DNA from: Tubulanus polymorphus | Lineage: Eukaryota; Animalia; Nemertea | Direction of reading: 5' to 3' | Length of the DNA: 64,000 bases | Assembly: GCF_964204645.1 (NCBI RefSeq) | Contig: NC_134027.1 | Location: forward strand, 18,128,560 to 18,192,559 | In this document: positions 48,673-62,960 of the stretch, piece by piece | Layout of the letters: every line of letters begins with the position of its first letter | How positions within the stretch are numbered: position 1 is the first letter of the stretch | The notes under the pieces: generated by a model | What the model saw: the letters and a program-made list of their open reading frames with translations, nothing else | What the model was told of the DNA's origin: nothing | Database searches by the model: none | Program-made: the position numbers and the translations under genes

Positions 48673-49588
48673 TTACTGCATTATATTTGCAGTATTCACT
48701 AATCCAAGATTAAGATCAGTCAGTTAACTTGATCAGTTTTTGAAGTTATTGCTGGTCCGATATCAGTCGGTTGATTTGTAGTTTTGACTAACGAGGAATC
48801 CAAAAGTGTTTCAGTCAAACGTCTCCTATCATTGAGGAATGACTTGAACAGTTAGGAATGTACATCGTACACATTCCAAATTAAGGGTTTAAAAGAAGTT
48901 TAAGTGAAAGCCTTATAATTGCGCAATTGCCATGATTGATACGAAAAAGGTTTCTAGAATCGGATGACAATTTATATAGAATTGGAGTCAGATGTGCATT
49001 GTTTTGGGGGTGTTCGAACTTCACTGAATCACTGAATCGTTGATTATTATATTAATTTCGCTGATTTGGATTTACGCTGAATCCATGTTTACAGACGGGT
49101 GGTTTTACAGTCACCTCTACTGCTAGTGTGCACTATCGAAACCAGATGTTTTAAAATGGTCACTTTTCTATAGTAGACTCTTCGTAACAGCCACTATATA
49201 AAACCAACCGAATTGAAAGGAATACAATTTCAGAGTGACTGTTTTGAAATGTATACTACTGGAAAAGTAGCCGATATCGTTAATTGCTTATTGTTCTCAA
49301 GTGGCTACTAAGTAAAAGTAGATGTTTGGGCTCAAAAGTTCGATAGACATGTTCTTGGATTCAGCCTTTCAAATGTACTATCAATCAATAGGAAATGATA
49401 CCCAAGAAGTTGAAATATGATGTCAGAATTGACGTATGATGTCACTGTGACGTCATAGTCCAATATGGCTGCCATTTTCAAACATAGAAGATTTAAAATT
49501 GATAAATTAATCCAAAACATTATCCATCAAATTTATTGTGCTTTGTTAACCAGATCTAGAAACAGATGGTTATCTATGGTATCAGAGT

Positions 49589-51665
49589 TCAAGTAAGGTC
49601 AACATCAGGAAGTTCAACATTGTTGCAATTTTCCCCATGACAGCCCCCACAGGCTTGTTTACACTTAAGTCCATGTTTCACACAGGAACACTTCCTAGTT
49701 CCGCATCTGTTGTTCTTAGATTTACATTTACAGCGAATGAATGCAAGAATGTTCTCTGGTGCCACTGACAAATCCGTATAAACTGGTGTCAGTCCCAAAG
49801 AGGTTTCAGACCAACCCCATTCTAAACAGTTCAAATAACTATCGTCCATTGTCTCCCATCTGATTGTCTCCAAATAAGTGCAGAGACTGTGATAATATGC
49901 TGCCCTCGTCATGTGTGGAAGTTTACATGGCTTGATTGTTGCATTTTTAGCCCACTTGGGAATTAAGTACCAGCGGGCTATTGTCTTCACTTTTTCGTCC
50001 GTCCGTTCGTAGACGGAATGCAGTTATTTTGGGAAGTTTTGAAGATGCTTCAATGTAATGTCTTGATATTTGGGTTACACATGTATCTACCCTAGACACA
50101 TCTTCAGCCCAAAAACTGGCCCTGTCAGAATCAAGATGGCCGATTGGCAGCCATTGTTGTTCGCCAAAATCAGCACTTTTTACACATTTTTGAATTATTT
50201 TAGGGAAATTTTGAAGACGCTTTGTTCAATTACCTTGATCTTTCGTTTATATTTGAATCTACCAAGGTCCAACAACATAAGAAAAATTGGGTCGATCGGA
50301 CTCAAGATGGTCGTCCCATGACCTTTTTAGTGGCCAAAATGTAAATTTTGGCCCAAATTCTGAGTCCTGTAGCTTCCTACTGGTTTGCCATTTCTCATTG
50401 CAATTTCTGATGGGTATTCTTTGGAAAGGGATGTTTTCTACCTGAGACATGCATTTTTGATCAGCCAATTATGGCGCAATTAGCAGCCATCTTGGTGTCA
50501 TCAGTACTCATTCGTAGGTGGGAAAAAGTTTTTCCACATTATATTGATACCTAAGCATATTGTGTTACCATAATGTATTGGAAAGTTGTAGCTCATAACG
50601 TTTTCTATGATTTTGGTGAGTTTCAAGGTCATTGCTTTTTGTACATGGCCACCAGGGGGCATTGAATAATACAATAACTTAGTATTTCTATATTATATTT
50701 TTACGCATATTTTGTTACCACAATCAATTGCAAAGTTGTAGCTCATGACATCTTCTACGATTGTGGTGAGTTTCAAGGACATAAGTTATTCTATATGTCC
50801 ACCAGGGGGCGTTGAATAGTAGAACTTGGTATTTCCTTATTAGATTGGTACCTAGGGACATTTGATACCATGATCAATTGCAAAGTTGTAGTTCAGGACA
50901 TGTTCTATGATTGTGGTGAGTTCCAAGGTCATTGGGTTTTGCATATGGTCACCAGGGGGCGTTGAATAGTAGAATTACTTACTATTTCCTTATTAAATTG
51001 GTAACGAAGCATATTTTGTTATCACAATCAATTACAAAATCATAGCTGCTGACATATTCTATGATTGTGGTGAGTTTCAAGGTCATTGCTTTTTGTATAT
51101 GGTCACCAGGGGCATTGAATATTGAAATTGTTAGATTGTTGAGCATTTGAAACCACTTCCCAAGTGGGTATGGTGTCCCTGGACCCCTAGTTAACTAACA
51201 TTTTCTGGTACAGTTCGTATCTTCCTTCGACAAATCTTTACCACAATGCCCATACACGATGGAAAATAGTTGGTAACCAAGGTCACCAATTTTTTCCTAT
51301 TTTTGTCCAGATTTGATGAAATGAGATGCTAGACTACAGAATTCCGCATCAACTTTTCCACATAACCTATTGACAAGTAGATGTTTGCGATGGCCAAAGG
51401 TGGCAGATGTACTTTCACATCCAGACCACGCATGTATAAACATAAGATATTTAATTTGTTTGTCAATTTGCCCAAACTGGACATCTCTCAGTATTTCTCA
51501 GTATTTCATCAAATGAGCGCGGAGCCATTTTCCTCCAGTAAATATCTGCAGTGTATCTTCCAGTATTTCACAAGCATTACTAAAACATCAGTGTCCGCAA
51601 CTAGAACTTGTACAATCCGGCCTTCTTTGCATATTTTATTCACTCTCACACAATTTTTATGTCGG
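49589..51665 (-). pseudogene. Academ(X)-like transposase C-terminal fragment split by a Helentron-like insertion
   Basis: VADTDVLV (XPG/PIN-like, ~51580-51605) and the Cys-rich terminus CKCK..C..RKCSC..GLKC..AC..C...C.N (49589-49943). Confidence 0.65.
49944..51192 (+). mobile_element. Complete Helentron/DINE-1-like element, family B
   Basis: TTTTTAGCCCACTTGGG start, GTCC repeats, ~150-bp internal tandem units, CCCAAGTGGG..CCCTGGACCCCTAGTT end; inserted in a T-run with no TSD. Confidence 0.75.
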
Positions 51666-52277
51666 CATCACATTGCAATGACCTTGATTGGGGGGCGTCG
51701 ATTGGCTGTTTGTTGGCATATACGGGGAATTCTGGCGCTACTAAAATAATTATGGGAAAGCCATAGAATGGCGTACGTTTCATTAGACTAGCTGCCGTAT
51801 ACGTGCGAATTTCAAATGCTCATTGCTGGTGAGGATGTAATTATTTCACACATCCGCCATAGGTATTGTTTCATTTTCATACCCGGTGATTGTTTTGATT
51901 GACATTGAAGTGTAAGCAAACATTCACTTACACGAGGCCTCCACGTGCCCGTGGAGCTGAGTGCTACACGACACACACACACAAACTCGTACTGAGTACA
52001 CTACCAGTCAAGGTGATGCTGTAACCCGTGCACATTAGATATGAAAAAAGGCTGAATAATCGTAGTCTAGTACCTAGCCGTCGTTCAGAAACTACAAACC
52101 AACAAACGGTTGTAGGGAACCGGTAACAACGACTGGTATTCAGACTAGAATAATCGTAGCAGAAGATGAGCGTTGTGTTTTCTGTTTGATAGAATTTGTA
52201 ATAAATTGTAATTTCGAATCCCTGCCAGGGAGCATGCCACAACTGATGCCTTCTCTTATAATGTTGTGAAGTCCTCC

Positions 52278-52850
52278 TCAGTCCTCATCAGCAACACCAT
52301 CGTTATCATCATCTGCATCATGCATTCCATGCTTCATACAATTGCATCGAGCCGACTCACAAATCTTACAATTACAAAACGTCAGTTCCAGTATCTCAGA
52401 TGGTATCGCTTCTTTAGTGGTGTAAACACATACTAATTCATTGTCTTGCATTTTCCACCCTTGGCCGATAGGACTTGGGATTGTTGTTCCTCTGATGGAT
52501 GACTTCCATACGAACATCTGGTAGTTTGCCCGTATGATATGTAGGCGGTATGCATCGCTTGTTGGAGGAAGTGTCTCCATTGTCCCTTTACGACAAAACA
52601 TATGTATCGATAACTAAGCTATCTCCCAGGTTTTTTATTTGTACAAATTCATTGAGGTTTTCTTGAACAAACTTCCACTGCTTCACTTAACCTATCCCTC
52701 AAACTGCAGAAACGCTGTCACAACCTGATAACACATGGATTGGCATCAAGAATGGCACACTTTCGCCGAGGCTGCTAACAATTTCGTCGCATTCTTCATT
52801 TTAATGTACAATTCTGTTATGTTGACGCTTTGGTAAAAGTGAACGAGTAA
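52278..52850 (-). pseudogene. Second Academ(X)-like transposase C-terminal fragment
   Basis: LPPTSDAYRLHIIRANYQ..W..GW..CNCK.C...RCNC. Confidence 0.68.
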
Positions 52851-52869
52851 CCAATACTGACCAATTGAG

Positions 52870-54640
52870 TTGACCAATACTGAAGATGATGGAGAAGGGA
52901 AAAGAATGAAGATAAATCTTCAAACCATGAACAAATCGTCAAAGTTAGACACATTTAATCTTAGTGGTATAGAAATTCGAGAGTTAAATGTTGATGAACC
53001 AGTATCTATTCCAACATGGCCTTCATGGCCGACACAGAGACTATGTTTATCAGGTGAAAATAACCCCAACCGTAAAGACAGTCTGAGATCTGTGGTGGCC
53101 AGATGAGGATCTTACTAGCGAACCAATACCCTACAGAATGCAGGTTCACTTTTTCGGTAACACTTCCCCTTGTTACTCGAACTGGGCTTTACGCAGGACA
53201 GCAGAAAATAATGAAAATCGCTACGATTCTGAGCTGGTGAAGACCGTTAAAAGGAACTTCTATGTTCACGATGTACTTAGATCTCGCCCAAATGATGATA
53301 AAGTCTCATGGCTTTGCTTGGCTTTGAAATTGAAATAAAGAATAAGCCAGCCACACGTCAAGGAATCTTATCCATGGTAAGCAGTGTCTACGACCCGTTG
53401 GGATTAGCAGCACCGTATATACTGCCGGTAAAGATCTTTTGCAGAATGAAGTTCTGCCATGTTTGGACAAACTACCTATCGAACGATTCTTCAAACCATC
53501 TGGCTTTGGACCGATCAAACAGTTACTCTGACATCAGTTCACTGATGCAAGTGAAATCGGTTTTGTAACTGCTTCGTATCTACGATTAGAAGATGAAGAT
53601 GGTATAATTCATTGTTGCCTAATATTGGGTAGAAGTAGAGTTGCGGATGGAATTTACTGATGCGGATGGAATTTACTGCAATACTGATGGTGAAGTTGAA
53701 CAAAGTTATATTGAAGGAGAATACAATGTATGGAGGTTATCACTGGACAGGTTATCACTGCAGTACTCAAGTATGTGAAGAATGACTCTGCACGTTACAA
53801 AACTTTTGTTGCCAACAGAGTTAACACGATATGAGATGGTTTTGATGTTGACCAGTGGAAGTTCAGGGATGGAAAATTAAATCCAGCGGACCATGCATCT
53901 TATGGCTTATCTTTGAAGGAAATCCATGAAAACCATAAAACATGGTTAAATGGACTAGAATTTTTCTGTAAGCCTACTACTGAAGAGTGGCCTGAACAAG
54001 CTGTTGAGATTTGTCGACTTTCTGATGATGATGTTGAATTGAAAAAGCGTCCTGTAATGTCAACTGTCCAGCTAATTAATGATGACCCAATAGAACACAT
54101 CTTCTCGCATTTTTCTAGCTGGATTCGTTTAAAAAAGAAGAAATATTTTGCTTATGTGTGTTAGAAACAGGCTCTACAGAAAAGATGAAAGGGAAAAATC
54201 TCATAGCTTCACAAATCCATTACAAATCGATGAGCTGGAACAAGGTGAAATATCAATTGTGAGATATGTCCAACAGATTCACTTTCACAAAGAAATTGAT
54301 ATATTGAGTCAGGGTGGTAACGTGCCTAGAGGAAGTTCACTAATGCAACTAGACCCTGTTTTGGTTGATGTTTTCTTTTGAGTTGGAGGCCGATTAAAGA
54401 ATGCCGGCATTGACTATGGTACGAAACGCCCACTCTTAATACCTGAACATTCTGCTGTTACACGTTTGATTGTCATGAATGTTCACTGTTCTGTTTGACA
54501 CTTCGGAAGGAATTCTATGTTGGCTAAACTACGTTGACTAAAGAACGATATTGGATCTTGCGTGGATCAAAGATTATCAAAGAAATGAGTACGATATTGG
54601 ATCTTGTGCGGATCAAAGATTATCAAAGAAATGAGTAATC
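52870..54640 (+). pseudogene. Decayed BEL/Pao LTR-retrotransposon pol
   Basis: FGNTSP..ALRRTA..NFYVHDVL (RT), LSMVSSVYDPLG, FTDASE, NPADHAS, VGGRL motifs across several frames. Confidence 0.85.
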
Positions 54641-55179
54641 GCTTTGTATAATATTCTCATTTACATTTGTATTACAGTATTATCATATGTTGAGAGTATT
54701 TTTGTGCTTTTATTAATTAATTGCGATAAATATAACAATTTCCTTATTTCTATTTTGCGTTGTAGTTAATCGCTAGTTGGTTGTTAGGAAAAGAATAAAG
54801 GCGCATTAACCATTGTATGAAAACAAAAGACAAATTCTTACTTCTATGGCGAACACAAGGTTTACATGGAAATATTCCATGATAAATCAGTACCACCAAC
54901 AAAGTTAGATTATTCCATCCAAAAACTTTACGTTCGGTTCCGTAAATGTTTTGTTTTTGTGAAAAACCATGAAAACTGTGCTTATTGTCTCATATCTTTA
55001 TCATCTCGATGCTAGTTTAAGAATTTATTACATGAACATTAAATATAATTATATTTGTGAAAATGAAATACAGTAGAACTGGTATGCCTTCAGTCAGATA
55101 AGCAAATTTCAATTGCGGTTACTGTACTTTATCAACCATAAGATGTAAACCTTAAAACAAGAATGTCTTACTTTTATAG

Positions 55180-55409
55180 GATGAAAAAAATTTGGAAAAA
55201 ATTCAGGGAATGGTTCCTTCATGTCCGATTATATATGTTTGTAACAAACTGGATACAGACCGGATAGCTAAAAAAATGGATCAAGCATCAGATGATGAAG
55301 GTGGTGAAAATGAAGGAACTTCTCCTGAACAACAGAAGATAAATACTTTCAAAGATCTTAAAAAAAGAAAATTTCTTCGCGAATCAGACACTTTGGAAAG
55401 CTGTAAAAG
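55180..55409 (+). CDS. Host dynamin-like GTPase, coding exon 2
   Basis: TTTTATAG acceptor (phase 0, matches exon 1), G4 motif VCNKLD, donor AG|GTATCT (phase 2). Confidence 0.85.
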
Positions 55410-58363
55410 GTATCTAGTCAATTGCTTTTCTGCCAACCTAGGACCAGACTTGTATCTGCAGCCATTCCTATTATGTGCCATTTCTTTGCAATAAGTTACT
55501 ATTACATTTTCGTCCACCCTTAGATGCTTTTAGAATTCACTATAGCTTATTCTTGAATACTCTTTTTATGTCTAACTGTTGACACATGTATAATATCTAT
55601 ACTGTAAACGGGAACAAAGGAATAGTTTCTGATGGTAAAGAAGATAATTTGTCTGGGTCCTGGATCACATTTTATCCAAATATAGTTCCTTAGATTCCCA
55701 GAATACTCGTGAGGTGTGAAGCAGATGACAATTGTGTGAACTGTGTTGCCTTTATACTACTTACTATACTGACCGCATTGTGTGGGATGTTTGACTTTGA
55801 CCCAATAATTGTATACATTAGCACCCAATGATGCAGATTTCTTCACTGATTGAGAATGTTAGGACCCTGTATGGAGTGCCCGCAAATTGGGTACTGGGTG
55901 AAAAAATACATATTTATCAGTATAGATCTCCAGGCTTCTTCCACCTTGTAATTTACTGAACCTGTTAAAGCCTCCCAGCCTTAATTCCATGGGGACATGA
56001 GCGAAGCGCCCATAATGTCCGAACCTCTTGATATCCACTGAACCCGAAATTCCTCTCAAAATGCCTCCCGACTGGCTCTTGAGGCCCTACCCCCTCCAGG
56101 TCCTAGAGCCACTCCTCAAACTTTTCATGAACTGAATAACAACAACAATTGTATGGAATATAAGAATATACACAGGTGGTTTTATTAGGCTAGCCGTAGG
56201 CTGAGCCTATTACCATAGAAATGGAGCTAATTTGAATGACATGTCTTCCAGAGCAAAGGCCTTTTGACTGCAACTGAGCATATATTCATAGAAATCATTC
56301 ATTAGAGCTTTATCCATTCTCAAACCCCTATGAATCTGAAATTTGAAGAAAGGCCTCGTTAAGATTTATATGAGCTTTTCCGCGAAAATCCAAACACAAA
56401 AATATCTGTTTTAGAAAGCCAATCAGATCGCAAAGACTCCTCTGTGATTGGCTTAGCCGCAGAGATCCGCAGGTGTTCACGTGAACCCGCGGTATCATCT
56501 ACCGTTTTATTTACGGGTTATATTTCAAGATCTAAAATTGTATTACAAGATCGATTTCTGTGAAATCTTTAGTTGACTTGGTTTTTTGGAGGAATATTTG
56601 CACTACAGAAAATATCATTGACATTTATGCAATGTCCGAGAAAATAGCTTTTTCTCAAATCGGATGAATGACCTTGATATGCTAATTCGCCATGTGCTCA
56701 AACTGCAAATTCAATCAAATTTTATTCTGCAAAAAGATATCAAATCCAAATCAATTTTACTTTATTGCACAAATGAATCATGAGCAGTGGAGAAATAAAG
56801 TACACAACATTTTCGCTCAGCGGCGCTTTCTGATCTAACTGATGATGCACAAATAAAACATCAAATCTATAAGGATACTGCAATACACATGCACTCGCCA
56901 GGATATCATCAATATGCCTAGGATTTCAGGCACAAGCCATAGACAGCCTATCACTAACATCAATATCCAGGAGAGACATCGTCACCATTCAGACTATAAT
57001 AAAGTTTGATTAAAACGCAAGCCTACGATTATTTAATTTAAAAAAAATTGGAAAGTTACTGTGAAAATTCATAAGAGATGGACATTGACAAGTTTACATA
57101 TTGTTGTGGTACTTGCAGAAGGGACAATAGGAAACATACATTGTCTATCTGGCCAATTAAGATTCAATCATTTGGCCTCATATTGTATTCTGTCCATCTA
57201 AATGAAGTAATTTCAAACATAGAAGAGCTCTTCAGCTTTCTCACTTATACTGAGGTTTACTTTGTTCATAGTGATAAGATGATGAAAGATATGTAACGTT
57301 TCTCGTATTTATAGTATGAAGGGCAGGTGGTAAAATACCTAATTTGATACAATTGCAAACTTCACACTCATTTGCGTAACTGTATTTTTCAGAAATCCAT
57401 AGTACCGTAGTTATCACGTATATGTACGGTTCAAATCCTGTTCATAATTAAATGAGAAAATATCATTGACACTATTTTAAAATCACACAGACAGATCGTC
57501 ATTTGAATGGCGCAATATATCGACAGACATTCGCCATTCTGCTCTAGTTCATAATGCTAGACATTCGACATCCAAATGACGCACTTTACCAAATGAAAAC
57601 CCATACACGAAAACCTAAAATTAGTGTAATAGCGGGCTACTTTGGACTGGTTTAGGAGCTACATTTTATTTTCAAGGATTTCTATCTATGAAATCCAATT
57701 AGGTATTGGTTGCCTGGTATCCGTTTCCATGGAAATTGCACCAGTTTCCATGGAAATGGATATTGATTCCCCGAACCCTCGATGCAAAGCTTTCAAATGA
57801 TACCAAATTTGTCCATATGGTATCTCTGTTAAACGGAAGTGCCAGATAGTTAGGTCTTTGGTGCCCGTCTACATATTCCACAAAACAAACGAGGCATTTT
57901 GATGAATAGAGTTATTTTGTTTGAAAAAAATATTTAAACACCGAAATATTATCAGCGCACCATGGCAGGTAGCGTGCATCCACTATTTTCCGCAGTGATA
58001 ACACCACACCCCCAAGATCCCTGTTTTGATCAACGCTGAGAACTAATCTTAAGTAATTAAAGATGGCATTAAGTGTCATAAATTCAACCCATCATTTTTA
58101 TGCCCTTACGTTAGCAATCGTTGGAGCCCGGCTATCTTATATTTAGTTTGCAACACTGATGATTTTGATATTTTTTGATACTTAGTGCGCAACGCGAGTC
58201 AATTGCATTGTCAGCAATAACGCGTTAACCGTTAACCATTTATCTATCACTTACGTGTATTAATAGATAACGCTTCCCACAGAGAAAATCAGTGTTTTTA
58301 CTGCGTGCACACAGATGTGCATCAACAGACCCACATTTTAATTGTCGAATGGTCATGCAAAGA

Positions 58364-58995
58364 CGGGTTTCTGAACTTCGCGGAAAGTCCGGATTCTACG
58401 GAATTCCCGGATTTTTGTCGGAATCCCTGGAATTTATCCATAATTCCCGGATTCTTAGTAAAACCCGGAAAAGGTCTCAGATGGCGAGTGGACAATTCAA
58501 TATTTTATTGACGCAAATTTGGCGGAAAATGTATACAGTGGCAATAAACAATTTTGCCTTTCTCGCGCAGCTAGTTTTTTCAGAAAACTTCAGACTGTTC
58601 GTCCTCGCGGCCGATAAGCCAACCGTGACCGTGGAGGATAGAGTGTACTGCGTTTTCTAATTTCAAATGGAAATCTGTGGAGAGAGTGCCATTGTATTTT
58701 CAGTATTCACTATATATTCCGGCAATGATTAATTTTATAGAATCATGCTGATAGAGTGTCTAATAAGATATATAATAATAACGCCGTCAACGATTAATTC
58801 TATAAATGTCGAATAAAATAATTGAATTTTCCTGGTCCGGTTTTTAGCATTTACTCTCATTATGTCGTATGTATATGCGCTATTTTGGAATAGAACTGGG
58901 GCATCCCTTCTATAATGCGGGAATTCCGGAGAAAAAATCTGGGAATTCCGGAGAATCCGTAGAATCCGGACATTCCCCGAAGTTCAGAAACCCTG
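58364..58995. mobile_element. hAT-like MITE
   Basis: TIRs GGGTTTCTGAACTTCG..TCCGGATTCTACGGA / TCCGTAGAATCCGGA..CGAAGTTCAGAAACCCTG. Confidence 0.7.
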
Positions 58996-59653
58996 CAAAA
59001 ACATTTTAAAACGTTTTAAGCTCGGGCCTAAATTGCTTTACTATTAAAAGCTATCATGAATGAAACTATTGAAAACCACATTCACTCAGTTGCTGAACTT
59101 GATTTCAACAGTAACTGGCCGTCCTGGTTTAATATGTACTGCCCTGAAATTTGAAAAACTTATAAAGCATATTCTGATTTTTTTTGTCCCGAGTAGTTAA
59201 TGTTCAAGTTTTAGTTCTTTCATGTCATTGCCTCACGGGATCAAAATTATCAAGTCCAAAATGTCCATAATTAAACTTGCGTAACTGTCGGTCTTCCGCT
59301 GGTGAATATTGTTTTCCTGTTCCACTTGGTCAATCGTAATACTAGCTATAGGCCCTAGAGCTAGCAGGGTAGAGCTAGCAGTTGGCCTTAAGGTTCAGTC
59401 CGTGAACAGCTTCAAGACACTGATGTTGAATCATGGATGTGAAGCATGTACCCAATGGACTGCATGGTCATTGGCCTATGCCATGGGTTCTTGGCGATTG
59501 TGCCGAGAGCAGACTGTATCCGCTGGCTATGGTAAGTATATTTACTGACGTTTTACCTTGATAGTATGGATTAAATTTGCACCGCATCAACACAGTTATT
59601 TTCATTCACTTTTCAAGTTCTAAGTCAATATCGAAACCCATCATGGAAAGTTT

Positions 59654-59760
<107 letters not shown>

Positions 59761-60504
59761 TATTGTATCAGTGGTTTGGCTTAGTTATATTGTATTTGTT
59801 GCTATTTTTTCAATACTAATAATGTCCAATTAGGACTACAGTATTGTATAACGTATTTTATATATATTAACATTATTTTTCATGAAACAAAACTTCTGTA
59901 ATAAAGAAAATGTACCAAAGATGCAAAACTAGTGTTTGAGAAACTTTTCCGTGATAACGTTGAGCTTATAATTTTAACGATGACACCAGTACTATACCTA
60001 GCATACATATTGTCAATTATGTGTAAATACGATACAGTTTGTTCGAGTTGGTGATTATTCATCGATACAATCCCATTCGAGTCAGATGCTATGGGTAGAA
60101 AAACTACTGGACAACTCTGTTTTCTTATGTCTCTGGCATATTTCACATCTGTCTACTATATTTTGTGTAATATAGAGCATGGTGTCATTCTCATTTTAGC
60201 TTTATTTAACGAATCGATCCCGTAGCTTCGCATAAGGGGTGTGCTGATTCTGACTGCTGATACTATCTTCTCCTTTTACAGCAATTTTGACCTCGTTAAA
60301 TTTTTGACCAAGTTACCAGAAACATTAACCAATCACACACAATTATTTGACCAGTGCTAAAATCTCACATGGGCCCTGTCTGAATTTTGTTTGGCCTGTA
60401 TAAAATTGGCCTTTTTGGCACTAGTGTGAACAATTGCCCGGCTCAAAACTGCTCATGTGATCGTGGTTATTTTGTTTACCATAAGAATGATATATTTATT
60501 GTAG

Positions 60505-61727
60505 GTATTATCACGGAATATCATCATTAAGGGCAATGAAGGCATTTCAAAAGAAAATGAAATCAAAATCGAAGCCAAAAAGACGCAAGTCGGATACAGA
60601 TGCTGTCAAAACCTTGCCCAAGAAAATTTCACGAAGATACAAATCGGAGGATCGTGACAAATATATGGAAAATTTTGAAGCATTTGAGGAAGCTTTGGTT
60701 GAGGTAGTTTTTGCAAATTTAAATGAGAGATTATGCGAGGGGGTCAGATTGATCGAAAATCAGTTAACAATCATGATGACGATTTTGAAAAATGACCTGG
60801 GTAGAAATGAAAATGAGGATGGTGATGATGATGCACTTTCATTATGGGTAGCACAGGCTATGTCAGCTGGTGATGACTGGTGCACAAACCTTAGAGATGT
60901 TATTGCTGGAGTCAGTATCATTGACCAAATTCAAAATAATCTATCATGTATGAAGTCTGATCTGGTTGGTGAAGTAGAAATTAATCGTAATTGCTCTCTA
61001 AATCAAGATCACAAAGACAGCGAGAAAGCGATTGCCAAAGGTGCCTTATCTGAACTTAAAGTGAAGGACATGCGGGTAAAATGTGCCTACATGAAATCAA
61101 TTAAGACTAAAATAACAAATTATGTGTTTAATTGCTTGAAATACAGCATACAAGAAGAATTTGAGAAATCGCTGAACAACATGGCTTTAGCAGTTGTGGG
61201 AAGTCTAGAAATATTGGAGCCGTTGATCGCTAGTGTTATAAGTTCTTCGTATCGAGCATCTGTAAAACGAGGGGTTTATGATGTAGATAAAGTGTTGCAA
61301 TGTAAAACAATAGTCTGTGAATCAGCTAGTGTTATCCTTGATTCTATCTATGAACAACTTCGCATCAAAATTGAATCAATTTGTCCGAATTCTGTCATGG
61401 AAGAAATTTTACAGGCTAACGAGTTTAAGATGAGTAGATGTTGGAAAATAATGTTTATAGAGACTTATATCCAGTCTATTGTCCCTGCTGACTTGGCTGA
61501 AATTATCAACACCACCACTCAAACACAATTGATACAAATGAAAAATACATATCAGACTACACTAGATGCTGTGAGCAATTTATCTAAGGATGTCAGACAA
61601 CAGACTACCGACAGTGTCACACAATTGATAAATCAATTTGAAGGAACGATTGCTAAATTGATATTTCAAACACAAGATATCTACACATGTAAGGACTACT
61701 TTGATATTGAGAACCATTTTATGGAAG
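60505..61727 (+). CDS. Host dynamin-like GTPase, coding exon 3 (G5 region plus helical stalk); gene probably continues beyond the window
   Basis: TTGTAG acceptor in phase 2 gives R-YYHGISSLRAMK, followed by a long helical ORF and donor G|GTTTGT. Confidence 0.82.
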
Positions 61728-62279
61728 GTTTGTTTTTCTTTTTTAACAAGTTCCTCATCATTCATTGTGATAACATGATTTTCTTGTTGATATTTTCTTA
61801 AGAGTACATAATTTATTTCTAGTTGCACCTCCATTTATTACTGGTAAACTGAACCGAATCTATTTGGTGGATGATTGCTATAAGAATGGTCTTGGAAAAC
61901 ATTTTGTGGTAAAGGAAATCCCACTTAATGACAATAATAAACTACAAATACATCTCACTTCTATCAGGTAAGCCTATTGATAAAAACAATTTATTCCATT
62001 GTGATTGTATGTGCCCAATGAAGACAGGGACAGCAAACAAGAAAAAACTAAATGTTAAAATTTCATGTAATAAGGCATCTTGTGCATGTTTTTTATGAGT
62101 TGAATCTAAATTGACTCCTTTGGCATTAGTTGAATTTGTGGGCCTAAGCCAACAGGCCCTTGGATGTGTGGATGTAATGAATTGAATTGGACACAGCAAT
62201 CCATTTGCAATTTGCTATGGATTTTTCTGCCCTCCCCCCCTACGCGTTGTTGGGGGTATCCGTTCATCTGCCTGCAATG

Positions 62280-62960
62280 GTTTCTACGCCCCAACACCTT
62301 AACCCTTAGACAGATTTTCCTGAAATTCTCGAGTTATGTAGTACTATATGAGGTTAGTAAGTGATTAGATTTCGGGTAGATCAAAGGTCAAAGTTAATAG
62401 AAGCTGTTATGTTTTTTTCATTTCTGTGATCTATTTCATAGACCGGTTAAGATAATTAGGTGAAATTTTTTGGAGTGCTTATTCTAGAGACCATGAGTAA
62501 CTAATTACATTTCTGGTCCTGTTGGTCAAAGGGCAAGGTTGCCAGGAGCCTGTTATGAATTTAAGATTTCTGGTTTCTTTATTCATAAATGGCTTAATAT
62601 TAACTTAGTGAAATTTTATGGATGTGTAACCCTAAAGACCATGAGTGACTGATTAGATTTTGGGTCCTGTAGGTCAGAGGTCAAGGTCAACAGCTGTTTT
62701 GTGTTTTCAATTTCTAGGCTCTAACTCAAACGGTTTATGGTAACTAACTGAAGCTTTATGGATGGGTTACCCTAGAGAGCGTGAGTAACTGAGTAGATTT
62801 CAGGTTCTTTAGATCTAAAGGTCAAGGTCACCAGAAGCTGTTTAGTATTTTTTATCTCCTGCCTTCATAAACGGGTCGACATTCCCTTGGGGTGTATTTT
62901 ACGCTTAAGCGTTTCACCTGATGTGAGGGCATCCGTCGTCTTCGGCGACATTTTAGTTTA
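62280..62960 (+). mobile_element. Third DINE-1/Helentron-like element
   Basis: ~150-bp internal repeats with GGTCAA(A)GGTCA, and a 3' hairpin GTCGTCTTCGGCGAC followed by TTTTAGTT. Confidence 0.5.

Noticed and set aside
62935-62950. UUCG-tetraloop structured ncRNA
   Set aside because: Better explained as the 3' terminal hairpin of a Helentron-like element.
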